DNA of 64,000 nucleotides from Frankiales bacterium (GTDB lineage Bacteria; Actinomycetota; Actinomycetes; Mycobacteriales; SCTD01): NCBI GenBank assembly GCA_025465135.1, contig JAODNA010000084.1, positions 2,599 to 66,598 of the forward strand, read 5' to 3'. Shown piece by piece: positions 8,754 to 17,364 of this stretch (position 1 is its first letter; each line of letters starts with the position of its first letter). The notes under the pieces were generated by a model. It saw only the letters and a program-made list of their open reading frames with translations, ran no database searches and was not told where the DNA came from. The position numbers and the translations under genes were made by a program.

Positions 8754-10142
8754 TTGATGCGCCCCCGCCTCGCCCTCGCCGCCGCCCTCCTCCTGGCGGC
8801 CGGTCTGACCACCCCCGCGCTCGCTGTCATCGCCACGGACAGCAGCGGTGCGCAGTACGAGACGACGGCCAAGGTCGTCGTACCGATGCTGTTCCCGGTC
8901 GCCGGGCCGGCGTCGTACACCGACACGTTCCTGGCCTGCCGGTCGGGCTGCGCCCGCCACCACATGGGGCAGGACCTCATGGGGCCGAAGATGACGCCGC
9001 TGGTGGCGGCCTTCGACGGGGTGGTCACCTCGGTCAAGCGCGAGTCGTCGCCGGGTGGCGGCAACTACCTGGTGATCAGCGCCGACCGCGGGCCCGCCGC
9101 CGGCTGGAGCGCGATCTACATCCACGTCAACAACGACACCCCGGGCACCGACGACGGCAAGGGGACCGCCGCGTGGTCCTTCCCGGCCGGCATCGCTCCC
9201 GGCGCCCGTGTCCTCGCCGGGCAGCTCGTCGCCTGGCGCGGCGACTCCGGCGACGCCGAGAGCACCGGCCCGCACCTGCACTTCGAGCTGCGCAAGGGCG
9301 ACGGGTGGGGCGGCGTCGTCTACAACGCCTTTCCCTCCCTGCAGCACGCCCGCCACATCGCCGCGCCGAGCCCGAGCGGTCCGCACCCGGACGGCACCCT
9401 GGTCCGGCACCCCAACGGCACGCTCTTCTTGCTCGACGGCACGACGAAGCGCGCGATCTCCCCGACCGTGCTCGCGGCCAACGGACTGGTCGAGGCGTCC
9501 GCCGTCGCCATGACGACCGGCGAGTCGCTCAGCTTCCAGACCGGGCCGCCGGCCGTCCTTCGCGACGGCACGATCGCCCGCGACGCCGCCGGCGGGCTCT
9601 GGCTCGTCACCGCCGGACAGCGCGTGGCCGTGACCGACGAGCAGCTCACCGCGCTCGGCCACCCCGCACCGCGGGTGTGGCCCGCGAGCGACGTGGATCT
9701 CGCTGCGCTGCCCGTGTCGGAGACCGTTCCGACGAGCCCGCTCTACCCGGGCGCGCTCGTGCGGACCGAGGGCACCGCCGACGTGCACTACGTCGACGTG
9801 GACGGCAACCTGCTCACCGTCGATGCAGCCTCGCTCGCGAGCCGAGGGTGGACGACGGAGGACGTCGCGGTGGTCCCGGCCGACGTCCCGACCCCTGACC
9901 CGACCGTCGACGCCGGTGCCTACCGCCGCGACAGCGGCCTGCCGCCCACGACCTTGCCCCTGCGTGACGGCGTGCTCGTGCAGACGCCCTCGCACCTGGT
10001 CGGCGTCGTGTCCGGCGGCAAGTTCCGTCGCCTCTGGGACAGCCGCATGGTCGCGGCGTACGGCTACACGGGCAAGCCGCGCCTGCTCGTGCCGACGGCA
10101 GTCGTCACCGCACTGCCGACGGCGGAGCTGACCTCGCGGTAG
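8754..10142 (+). CDS. Secreted M23-family metallopeptidase with a C-terminal repeat region
   Basis: Signal peptide MMRPRLALAAALLLAAGLTTPALA. M23 motifs HHMGQDL and GPHLHFEL. The C-terminal ~270 aa holds about 4 degenerate repeats (DGT-hydrophobic-R...G.L..L.GG..R.I). Confidence 0.85.
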   Translation: MMRPRLALAAALLLAAGLTTPALAVIATDSSGAQYETTAKVVVPMLFPVAGPASYTDTFLACRSGCARHHMGQDLMGPKMTPLVAAFDGVVTSVKRESSPGGGNYLVISADRGPAAGWSAIYIHVNNDTPGTDDGKGTAAWSFPAGIAPGARVLAGQLVAWRGDSGDAESTGPHLHFELRKGDGWGGVVYNAFPSLQHARHIAAPSPSGPHPDGTLVRHPNGTLFLLDGTTKRAISPTVLAANGLVEASAVAMTTGESLSFQTGPPAVLRDGTIARDAAGGLWLVTAGQRVAVTDEQLTALGHPAPRVWPASDVDLAALPVSETVPTSPLYPGALVRTEGTADVHYVDVDGNLLTVDAASLASRGWTTEDVAVVPADVPTPDPTVDAGAYRRDSGLPPTTLPLRDGVLVQTPSHLVGVVSGGKFRRLWDSRMVAAYGYTGKPRLLVPTAVVTALPTAELTSR

Positions 10143-11672
10143 CTACTTCCCGACGACGGGGAGCCGTACGACGGCGTTCTGCAGGACGACGGCGCCGGGG
10201 GTCCGGTTGCCGAAGCCGACGAACATGTCGTTGGTGGCCATGGCCATCACGAACAGCGACTGACCGGCAGGCACGTCGATCGCGACCGAGGGCAGCTCGA
10301 TGCTGCGCTTCCCGCCGGCGACCGGAAGCAGCTCGTTGATCGGCAGGACGTTGCCCTGCACGACCTTCGCGTCGGCCGGTGAGGTGCCGACCCCGAGTGC
10401 GTAGAACGCCCGGTTGTTGACGCCCGCGGCGTACATGTCGCCCTCGAGGTACGGCGTGCCCGCGATGCGGATCGGGCCCTTCGCTGCCTCGAACGCGAGC
10501 GGCGGGCTGGCGAGCTGCGTCGTGGCGACGGTGCCGACGGGGAAGGCCTTGTTGGCGGTCACCGAGTCGACGGTCGTGCAGGTGCTGTTGGCGGTGGCGA
10601 GGTGGTACTGCCCGTAGCCCTTCAGCCCGTTGGTCTTGCCCTTCAGCGCATGGTCGAAGAACTTGATGGTGAGGTCCTCGAACGAGCCGCCGGCGAGCTG
10701 CTTGCTGCAGGGGTCGTCGCTCGGCGCGACTGCCTGCGGGAACGCGTTGGGCAGGACGTGGCCGCCGTTGTAGCCGACGAAGATGCTCTTCGCCCGGGCC
10801 GACGGCGTGATCGCCTTCGCGAAGTTCTGCAGGCCCTGGTGGAGCGGGAAGAGGGTGTCGGTGATGCCCTGGCCGAACAGCATCGGGATGTCGAGGACGC
10901 GACCCTGCGAGACGTTCCATGCCGGGCCGTTCTTGAGGAAGAACGCGTCGAGGTCCGGTACGCCGGGGGCCTGGCCCTTGGGCCACACACCGGTCGCCGC
11001 ACCGAACGCGGTCCCCTCGAGAGCCTCGTTCGGCAGCGCCTGCGCACCTGCGGCGGTCAGCAGTGACACCCACTCGTTGCGCACGACCTCGGAGGGCGCG
11101 AGGCTGCCCTTCAGGTCCCACCAGGTGATCTCGGGCGCGAGCGCGTCGAAGACCGGCTTCTTGTTGTCCATCAGCTCGCGGAAGGCACCGACGAACTGGT
11201 AGCCGCCGCCGTACGAGCCGCCGATCGCGCCGAGCCGCGGGTCGCCCTTGGCGTCCTGCAGCACCCAGGGCAGCTTGCTCACGACGGCGACGAGCGCCTC
11301 GACGTCCTTGCCCTCGTAGTCGATGTTCTCGATGCGGGCCTTGCCCTTGTCCTCGCCGAAGCCGCGCTGGTCGAACGACAGCACGCCGTAACCGGCCTTG
11401 AGGAACTTGTCGAACGACGACGCCGTCGTCGTTCGCGAGCCGCCCCAGCCGTGGCTGTGGAAGACCATGGGCACGGGGTGCCTGGCGTCGGCTCCGACCG
11501 GCTGGAACAGCGTGTAGCAGATCTGCTGTGGCGTCGTGGAGTCCTTGTCCGGGACCGACGTGATGCAGGCGTTGGTGACGGCCGGAGCCGCCGAAGCGGT
11601 CGCCGGGACGGCCATCAGGCCGGCGACGACGGCGGCGGCACCACCGAGAAGGGCAAGTCGAGGAGTGCGCAT
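10143..11672 (-). CDS. Secreted alpha/beta hydrolase, CocE/NonD (S15 X-Pro dipeptidyl-peptidase-like) family
   Basis: HSHGWGGSR and the nucleophile elbow GGSYGGGY. Start set at ATG 11672 (MRTPRLALLGGAAAVVAGLMAVPATASA signal peptide). Confidence 0.8.
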   Translation of the reverse strand: MRTPRLALLGGAAAVVAGLMAVPATASAAPAVTNACITSVPDKDSTTPQQICYTLFQPVGADARHPVPMVFHSHGWGGSRTTTASSFDKFLKAGYGVLSFDQRGFGEDKGKARIENIDYEGKDVEALVAVVSKLPWVLQDAKGDPRLGAIGGSYGGGYQFVGAFRELMDNKKPVFDALAPEITWWDLKGSLAPSEVVRNEWVSLLTAAGAQALPNEALEGTAFGAATGVWPKGQAPGVPDLDAFFLKNGPAWNVSQGRVLDIPMLFGQGITDTLFPLHQGLQNFAKAITPSARAKSIFVGYNGGHVLPNAFPQAVAPSDDPCSKQLAGGSFEDLTIKFFDHALKGKTNGLKGYGQYHLATANSTCTTVDSVTANKAFPVGTVATTQLASPPLAFEAAKGPIRIAGTPYLEGDMYAAGVNNRAFYALGVGTSPADAKVVQGNVLPINELLPVAGGKRSIELPSVAIDVPAGQSLFVMAMATNDMFVGFGNRTPGAVVLQNAVVRLPVVGK

Positions 11673-11724
11673 GCGCACGTGTTTCGCGGTTGTTGCCGCA
11701 TCTCCTGCTCGCAGGTGAGGCAGG

Positions 11725-12027
11725 TCACTTCTGCGAGCCGACGATGCTGATCCAGTTCTTGTGGTCGAAGATCTCGTCATCGCCACGGTCGTAGCGCAGC
11801 AGGTCGGGCAGCTCGAAGGTCTCCTGCACCCAGCGCCAGTCGATCCGCTTGGACAGGTAGGCCACCCAGCCGCCTTGACTCGGTGCGAAGAGCTCGCCCT
11901 TCGGACCCGGGTGCGCGATGGGGTTGCCGTGGTCGACGAGGGCCTGCACGAGCGGGATGAGGTGCGTGTAGGGCCGGTGCGGGTCCGCCGGGTCGGCTTC
12001 GATGCGCCTTCGCTCGGTCATCCGCAT
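11725..12027 (-). CDS. Small hypothetical protein, candidate immunity protein for the upstream toxin
   Basis: 100 aa with no signal peptide. Its ATG lies within the last codons of the toxin gene (atgcggatga, 10-nt overlap), which implies translational coupling. No family recognised. Confidence 0.55.
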   Translation of the reverse strand: MRMTERRRIEADPADPHRPYTHLIPLVQALVDHGNPIAHPGPKGELFAPSQGGWVAYLSKRIDWRWVQETFELPDLLRYDRGDDEIFDHKNWISIVGSQK

Positions 12028-13493
12028 CCCTCCTGTCGGGTCATGACGGACCCCGCCAGTGTCGCGCCCCCGACCGTCGCTCCTCGCGCGGCCGGCACCA
12101 GGTGCAGCGTCGAGAGCCCCTTCGGCCCGATCAGGGCGTCGAGGTTGGTCATCTCCACGACCGTCGGCTCGCCGATGAAGCCCTCGGCGATGAGCGAGTC
12201 GATGAGGTCGGGCAGGAAGTACTGCGGGAGCCCACCGGCGCCGAACTTCACGTTGGCCCCCGCGATGGACTCACCGACCGGCAGCGGCTTCTTCACCTCG
12301 TAGGTGTTGAGGTGGCTGCGGTAGCGCGCGACGCCGTCGACCGGGTCCTTGCGCGACGCGACCTGCAGCCCCTCGTTGTAGCGCCGGGCATCGGTCCCGA
12401 CCTCCTCGACGGCCTCGGGCGTCGCGGCGAACCGCCCTTCACCCGGCGCGCCCACGCTGAACGTCTCGCCCGGCCGCAGGATCCTGTCGCGCCAGCGGTC
12501 CACGCCGCTGTAAGGACGCTTGCCCTGGAACTCCAGCACCTCTTCCGCGGGACTGGCGAACCGGGACTCGAGCAGCGCTGCCTCCTCCTCACACAGATCG
12601 GCGGCCATGGCGGCAGCGCGCACGCCACGCGTCGCGAGCTCTTCGGCGACCTCCGCGCCGTGGGCCGCCCGGCCCGCTGCCACGCCCGCTTCGCCGGCGC
12701 CCGCCGTGGCCACAGCGAGGAGCAGGTCGGGGACGAGGTGCCCGAGCGCGCGCGCCGGGTCGTGCGCCCAGGTGTCCCAGTCGAGAACGGCCTTGCCGAG
12801 CTCCTTCGGGTGCTCGACGCCGTACACGACGCCCTTGCCGAGGTTCTCGGCGTTGTCGACGAAGCCCTCGGGGTCGATGAGCGCGTAGGTCGGCGAGAGC
12901 CTGAAGGAGAGCTCGGCGAGCCCCCACGTCGCTTCTCCCGCGCCGGCGAGGAACGAGCCGACGGCATGGACCGCCTTGCTGAGCAGGCCCGGCTCGTGCG
13001 GCGCGCCGTGCCGGGCGTCGTCCAGCACGGAAGCTGCCCGCCGGGCGGCGGCATCGACGCGCTCCCGGGCTCCGCGCAGCAGCTGCTCGGCCGCACCCCG
13101 TTCGTCGGCGCCCGGGTCGTGCAGGGACCGGGTCTGCGCCGCTTGCGCGTGCCAGCGCGCGGTCGCCTGCTCGGCGTCTGCGTAGCGCAGGGCAGCCGCC
13201 GCTGCGTCCGCCTGGGCGTCGCGCAGCACCCGGGCGTAGTCGCTCAGGCACCTCGCGGCCCGCGCGAAGGCGGACTGCCCGCGCTCGAGCTTGTCGGGGA
13301 CCTGGCCGATCGCCTTCCGAAAGGCGTCGCCCGCCGGGCCCACCCACGCGCCGGTGTCGATGCGACGCAGGGCGCGCACGGCGTCGCACGCACCCCCGGC
13401 GTACCGCGCGTACTCACGGGCCAGCCACTCGACCTGCGCCGGGTCGCCGGGTACGAGAGACGCCGCGGAGGCGGTCGCGGAGAGCCCGCTCAT
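12018..13493 (-). CDS. Putative T7SS-type polymorphic toxin: WXG/LXG-like N-terminal domain fused to a TNT (DUF4237)-like C-terminal domain
   Basis: N-terminus LVPGDPAQVEWLA...IDTGAWVGPAGDAFRKAIG...LSDYARVLRDAQ (helical W-x-G domain). C-terminus LRPGETFSVGAPGEGRFAATP...YEVKKPLPVGESIAGANVKFGAGGLPQYFLPDLIDSLIAEGFI resembles the TNT NAD+ glycohydrolase consensus. ATG 13493 overlaps the upstream stop (ATGA). The rest of the 994-aa track ORF is antisense to the esterase gene. Confidence 0.7.
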   Translation of the reverse strand: MSGLSATASAASLVPGDPAQVEWLAREYARYAGGACDAVRALRRIDTGAWVGPAGDAFRKAIGQVPDKLERGQSAFARAARCLSDYARVLRDAQADAAAAALRYADAEQATARWHAQAAQTRSLHDPGADERGAAEQLLRGARERVDAAARRAASVLDDARHGAPHEPGLLSKAVHAVGSFLAGAGEATWGLAELSFRLSPTYALIDPEGFVDNAENLGKGVVYGVEHPKELGKAVLDWDTWAHDPARALGHLVPDLLLAVATAGAGEAGVAAGRAAHGAEVAEELATRGVRAAAMAADLCEEEAALLESRFASPAEEVLEFQGKRPYSGVDRWRDRILRPGETFSVGAPGEGRFAATPEAVEEVGTDARRYNEGLQVASRKDPVDGVARYRSHLNTYEVKKPLPVGESIAGANVKFGAGGLPQYFLPDLIDSLIAEGFIGEPTVVEMTNLDALIGPKGLSTLHLVPAARGATVGGATLAGSVMTRQEGCG

Positions 13494-13780
13494 GGCCGGC
13501 AGGCCTGTCCGATGGCGCGGTCGGTGCCCTCGTACGCCGCGGCGGCCTGGCCCAGCATCCGGGCGAGTGTGCTCGCGTCGTCGACGACGAGACCGAGGCC
13601 GTAGGACCAGGTGTGCCGGAAGTCGCTCAGCGCGGCCGCGAGCCGGGCAGAGCCGCCGGCCTCGGCCGCGTCGGACAGAGACCGGCTGCCGCGATGCACC
13701 TCGCGGGCGACCGCCGTGGCGTCGTCCAGTGCCCGGGCCGTCGCTGCCAGAGCCCCGGGGTCTGCCTCGATGTGACTCAC
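13490..13780 (-). CDS. EspC/DUF2580-like small helical protein (type VII secretion target family)
   Basis: 96 aa starting at GTG 13780: VSHIEADPGALAATARALDDATAVAREV...AAAYEGTDRAIG. This is the typical pattern of the ESX-secretion-associated small-protein family. It is the first gene of the operon. Confidence 0.6.
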   Translation of the reverse strand: MSHIEADPGALAATARALDDATAVAREVHRGSRSLSDAAEAGGSARLAAALSDFRHTWSYGLGLVVDDASTLARMLGQAAAAYEGTDRAIGQACRP

Positions 13781-13801
13781 AGGCGGCAGGGTTCCAGGAA
13801 T

Positions 13802-13829
13802 CTGTGGACATGACCTGCGTTGTCCACAG
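13802..13829. promoter_or_regulatory. Perfect 9-bp inverted repeat with a 10-bp spacer in a divergent promoter region
   Basis: ctgtggaca-tgacctgcgt-tgtccacag. It lies 22-49 nt upstream of GTG 13780 and about 52 nt upstream of the esterase start at 13881. Confidence 0.5.
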
Positions 13830-13880
13830 GCGCTGCCCGGAGCGCACAATGGCCGGACCCGCCCCGTCCCCGGAGGTCCC

Positions 13881-14831
13881 ATGCCGCTCGACCCGCCCGT
13901 CGCCGCCGTCCTCGAGATGCTCGCCAGCAGCGGTACGCCGATGTCCATGGTCGACGGCACGCCGGAGCAGGCGCGCGAGGGCTTCAGGACCATGACGGTC
14001 GGCCTGCGCGACCCCGCCACCCTGGCGCAGGTCCGCTCCGTCGACGGCGCCACGATCGCGGGTCCCGCTGGTGAGCTCCGCATCCGCACGTACCGGCCCG
14101 ACACGGACGGGCCGGTCCCGACGGTCCTGTACTTCCACGGCGGCGGCTTCGTCATCGGCGACCTCGACACGCAGGATGACCACGCGCGGCTGATCTGCCG
14201 CGACGTGGAGGCCGTCGTCGTCAGCGTCGACTACCGGCTGGCGCCGGAGCACCCCTTCCCGGCCGGTTTCGAGGACTGCCTGGCGGCGACCCGCTGGGCT
14301 GCGGAGCACATCTCCGAGCTCGGTGGCGACGCCGACCGGATCGCCGTCTCCGGGGACAGCGCCGGCGGCAACCTCGCCGCCGCGGTCGCACTGACGACGA
14401 CGCGCGAGGGCGGTCCACGCCTCGCCGCACAGCTGCTGCTCTACCCGGGTGTCGACTTCCGCGAGGACGACGCGTTGCACCCCTCGCGGATCGAGAACGG
14501 CGAAGGGCTGTTCCTCACCGCGGAGGACATGCGCTGGTTCCGCAGCCATTACCTGCAGGGCGAGGCCGACAGCTCCGACCCGCGCGCCTCGGTGCTGCTC
14601 GCACCCGACCTCACGGGGCTGCCGCCCGCTGTGGTCGGCACCGGTGAGTACGACCCGCTGCGCGACGAGGGGGAGGCCTACGCGAAGGCCCTCGAGTCTG
14701 CCGGCGTGAAGGTGGTGCTGCGCCGCTACGACGGCCTGATCCACGGCTTCTTCGGGATGGGCACCTGGTCGCCAGCCTCCGCGGCGGCCGCGACCGACCT
14801 GTGTGAGGAGCTCCGCACGCTGCTCGGTTGA
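13881..14831 (+). CDS. Alpha/beta hydrolase fold-3 esterase/lipase (hormone-sensitive-lipase family)
   Basis: Oxyanion motif HGGGF and nucleophile GDSAGGNL. DPLRDEG and LIHGF complete the triad region. Confidence 0.9.
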   Translation: MPLDPPVAAVLEMLASSGTPMSMVDGTPEQAREGFRTMTVGLRDPATLAQVRSVDGATIAGPAGELRIRTYRPDTDGPVPTVLYFHGGGFVIGDLDTQDDHARLICRDVEAVVVSVDYRLAPEHPFPAGFEDCLAATRWAAEHISELGGDADRIAVSGDSAGGNLAAAVALTTTREGGPRLAAQLLLYPGVDFREDDALHPSRIENGEGLFLTAEDMRWFRSHYLQGEADSSDPRASVLLAPDLTGLPPAVVGTGEYDPLRDEGEAYAKALESAGVKVVLRRYDGLIHGFFGMGTWSPASAAAATDLCEELRTLLG

Positions 14832-14874
14832 GCAACGAGCAGGGAGCGGGCCGCACGTGTCGAACGTGTAAGGC

Positions 14875-16434
14875 ATGCACTCACGGTCCCGTCGCCCACT
14901 CGTCCTCGCCGCAGTCGGCGCTGCCGCAGCCCTCGCGATGATGGCGATCCCCGCCGCCGGTGCGGCGCCCGCGCATCCAGGGCTCCGGTTCGGCCCCAAC
15001 ACCTACGCCTACGCGTCGAGCTACGGCGAGCCCGGCCTGGACATCGCGCCGGACGGCACCGTCTACGCGACGACGCCAGGCGACGGCGGCGCGGTGCTTG
15101 CCAAGAGCACCGACAAGGGCGCGACGTGGACCAAGCTGCCCACCGCGAAGACCAACGCGACGCAGGCCGCGCTCACCGGGGGCGACTCGGACGTCGTCGT
15201 CGCGAAGGACGGGACGGTGTTCGCGAGCGATCTCAACGTCGACGGCATCACGATCTTCCGGTCGACGGACGGCGGCAAGACGTTCCCGCACCAGGTGTTC
15301 GTCAACGGCACCAGTGACCGCGAGTGGCTAGCGGTCGACGGGCCGCACGGCGAGGACGTCTACATGACTTACCACGAGATCGCGACGGGGACGATGCTCG
15401 TGTCGGTCAGCCACGACCGCGGCCAGACGTTCGGGACGCAGCAGGTCATCTACTCGCAGCCGACAACCGTGGCTCAGAGCGCGCACAACGGCACGTCGAT
15501 CGGCAACGTCACCGTCGACGGCAAGGGCTACGTCTACATCACCTACGGCACGACGCGGCTCACGACGACCGACACCACCTACGGCTCACCGCCCATCAGC
15601 TCGATCCAGATCAGCATCAGCAAGGACAAGGGCGCGACCTGGCATGACGTCACCGTCAACGCCGGCGCCGACGACGCCAACTACGGCAACTTCTGGATGT
15701 CCAACGCCGCCGACAGCGCCGGCAACGTCTACGCCGTCTACTCCGGCTACGCGCACAAGGGCGAGCCGATGCACGTCTGGCTGCAGCAGTCGCGCGACCA
15801 CGGTGAGACCTGGACGGCGCCGTACGCCGTCGACAACGCTCTGACGGGACGCCCCGTCGGCCAGGACCTGTTCGGCTGGGTCGCCGGCGGTGGACCGGGC
15901 GTCGCCGTCGTCAGCTGGTATCACACGGACGCCCCGAACAAGGACGCCGACGGCATCGACTGGGTCGTGCCGGTCGCCCAGGTGCGCGGCCTCGACAAGG
16001 GCACGCCGCAGGTCGTCTACGGCATCGCCAGTGACCACTCCGTCCACCACGGACCGATCTGCACGCTCGGCACGTTCTGCGGTGTCCTGCCCGGGTCGAG
16101 CAGCGATCGGTCGCTGCTCGACTTCTTCAAGGTCGACGTCGGCCCCGACGGCATGCCGGCCGTCGTGTGGAGCGACAACAACCGCATCGACGGCGGCGGC
16201 AAGACCGGTGTGGGCTACGCGCGCCAGGTCGGCGGCCTGAGTGCGTTCGCGCCGACCGTGACGACGCCGCCGCGGGTCGCGACCAAGCCGGTCGCGCGGC
16301 CTGCACCGCAGGCCGCTCCACCGGCGGCACCCGGACCGAGCCGGCTCGCGGCCACGGGACTGCCGGCCGCACTGCCTCTGCTCGCACTGGCCGGCGTGCT
16401 CGTCGCGCTCGGCCTCCGTCGCCGGGCGATCTGA
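14875..16434 (+). CDS. Cell-wall-anchored BNR/Asp-box repeat protein (LAxTG sorting signal)
   Basis: Signal peptide, multiple Asp-boxes (STDKGATW, STDGGKTF, SHDRGQTF, SKDKGATW, SRDHGETW). C-terminus is LAATG + hydrophobic segment + RRRAI. Confidence 0.85.
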   Translation: MHSRSRRPLVLAAVGAAAALAMMAIPAAGAAPAHPGLRFGPNTYAYASSYGEPGLDIAPDGTVYATTPGDGGAVLAKSTDKGATWTKLPTAKTNATQAALTGGDSDVVVAKDGTVFASDLNVDGITIFRSTDGGKTFPHQVFVNGTSDREWLAVDGPHGEDVYMTYHEIATGTMLVSVSHDRGQTFGTQQVIYSQPTTVAQSAHNGTSIGNVTVDGKGYVYITYGTTRLTTTDTTYGSPPISSIQISISKDKGATWHDVTVNAGADDANYGNFWMSNAADSAGNVYAVYSGYAHKGEPMHVWLQQSRDHGETWTAPYAVDNALTGRPVGQDLFGWVAGGGPGVAVVSWYHTDAPNKDADGIDWVVPVAQVRGLDKGTPQVVYGIASDHSVHHGPICTLGTFCGVLPGSSSDRSLLDFFKVDVGPDGMPAVVWSDNNRIDGGGKTGVGYARQVGGLSAFAPTVTTPPRVATKPVARPAPQAAPPAAPGPSRLAATGLPAALPLLALAGVLVALGLRRRAI

Positions 16435-16458
16435 GCGCCCGACGACTAGCGTGGCCGG

Positions 16459-17364
16459 GTGAGTGAGACCCGGCGCGGTGCCGTCTACGGCGCGACGGCG
16501 TACCTGCTCTGGGGGGTCTTCCCGCTGTACTTCCCGCTGCTCAAGCCGGCGGGGGCGGTCGAGGTCCTCGCGCATCGCGTGGTGTGGTCGCTCGTCGTCG
16601 TCGCGGTGCTCGTGCAGGTCACGCGCAGGTGGGCGGGCGTCCGCGCGATCTTCGCCGACCGCGACAAGCTCGTCAGGCTCACGGGCGCGGCCACCGTGCT
16701 TGCCGTCAACTGGGGCGTCTACATCTACGGCGTCACGAGCGACCGGGTCGTGGAGACCTCGCTGGGCTACTTCATCAACCCGCTCGTGACGGTGATGCTC
16801 GGCGTCGTCGTGCTGCGTGAGCGGCTGCGTCCGCCGCAGTACGCCGCACTCGGGGTGGCGGGCATCGCCGTGCTCTTCCTCTCGATCGAGAACGGCCGCC
16901 CGCCGTGGATCGCGTTGACCCTGGCCTTCAGCTTCGGGACCTACGGGCTGCTCAAGAAGACCGCAGTCGTCGGAGCGCTCGAAGGGCTGACGGTGGAGAC
17001 GGCTGTTCTCGCCCCGCTGGGGATCCTCTACCTCGTCGGCCTGCAGGTCACCGGCGGAGCGACACTGGCCTCGCACGGCGCCGGGCACGCGACGCTGCTC
17101 GCCGTCACCGGCCTCATCACCGCGATCCCGCTGCTGTTCTTCGGCGCGGCCGCGTCGCGCGTCCCGCTGACGACGCTGGGGATCCTGCAGTACCTCGCGC
17201 CGACCATGCAGTTCCTTCTCGGAGTTCTGTTCTTCCACGAGGCCCTCGGCCTCGCGCGGCTGCTCGGCTTCTGCATGGTGTGGGCCGCGCTGTTCCTGTT
17301 CACCGCGGACCTGCTCGCGCAGCGCCGCCGTACCGTGCGGATCGCCGTGGCGGAGCCGGTCTGA
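16459..17364 (+). CDS. rarD: EamA/RarD-family permease
   Basis: 10-TM DMT protein beginning GAVYGATAYLLWGVFPLYF, as is typical of RarD. GTG start. Confidence 0.8.
   Translation: MSETRRGAVYGATAYLLWGVFPLYFPLLKPAGAVEVLAHRVVWSLVVVAVLVQVTRRWAGVRAIFADRDKLVRLTGAATVLAVNWGVYIYGVTSDRVVETSLGYFINPLVTVMLGVVVLRERLRPPQYAALGVAGIAVLFLSIENGRPPWIALTLAFSFGTYGLLKKTAVVGALEGLTVETAVLAPLGILYLVGLQVTGGATLASHGAGHATLLAVTGLITAIPLLFFGAAASRVPLTTLGILQYLAPTMQFLLGVLFFHEALGLARLLGFCMVWAALFLFTADLLAQRRRTVRIAVAEPV

Noticed and set aside
12018-15002. 994-aa minus-strand ORF offered by the track as a single protein
   Set aside because: It is composite. Only 12018..13493 has protein-like composition and domain logic. 13490..13780 is a separate gene in another frame. 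The region above 13881 is antisense to a clear esterase gene and is Arg/Gly/Pro-rich shadow frame typical of high-GC DNA.
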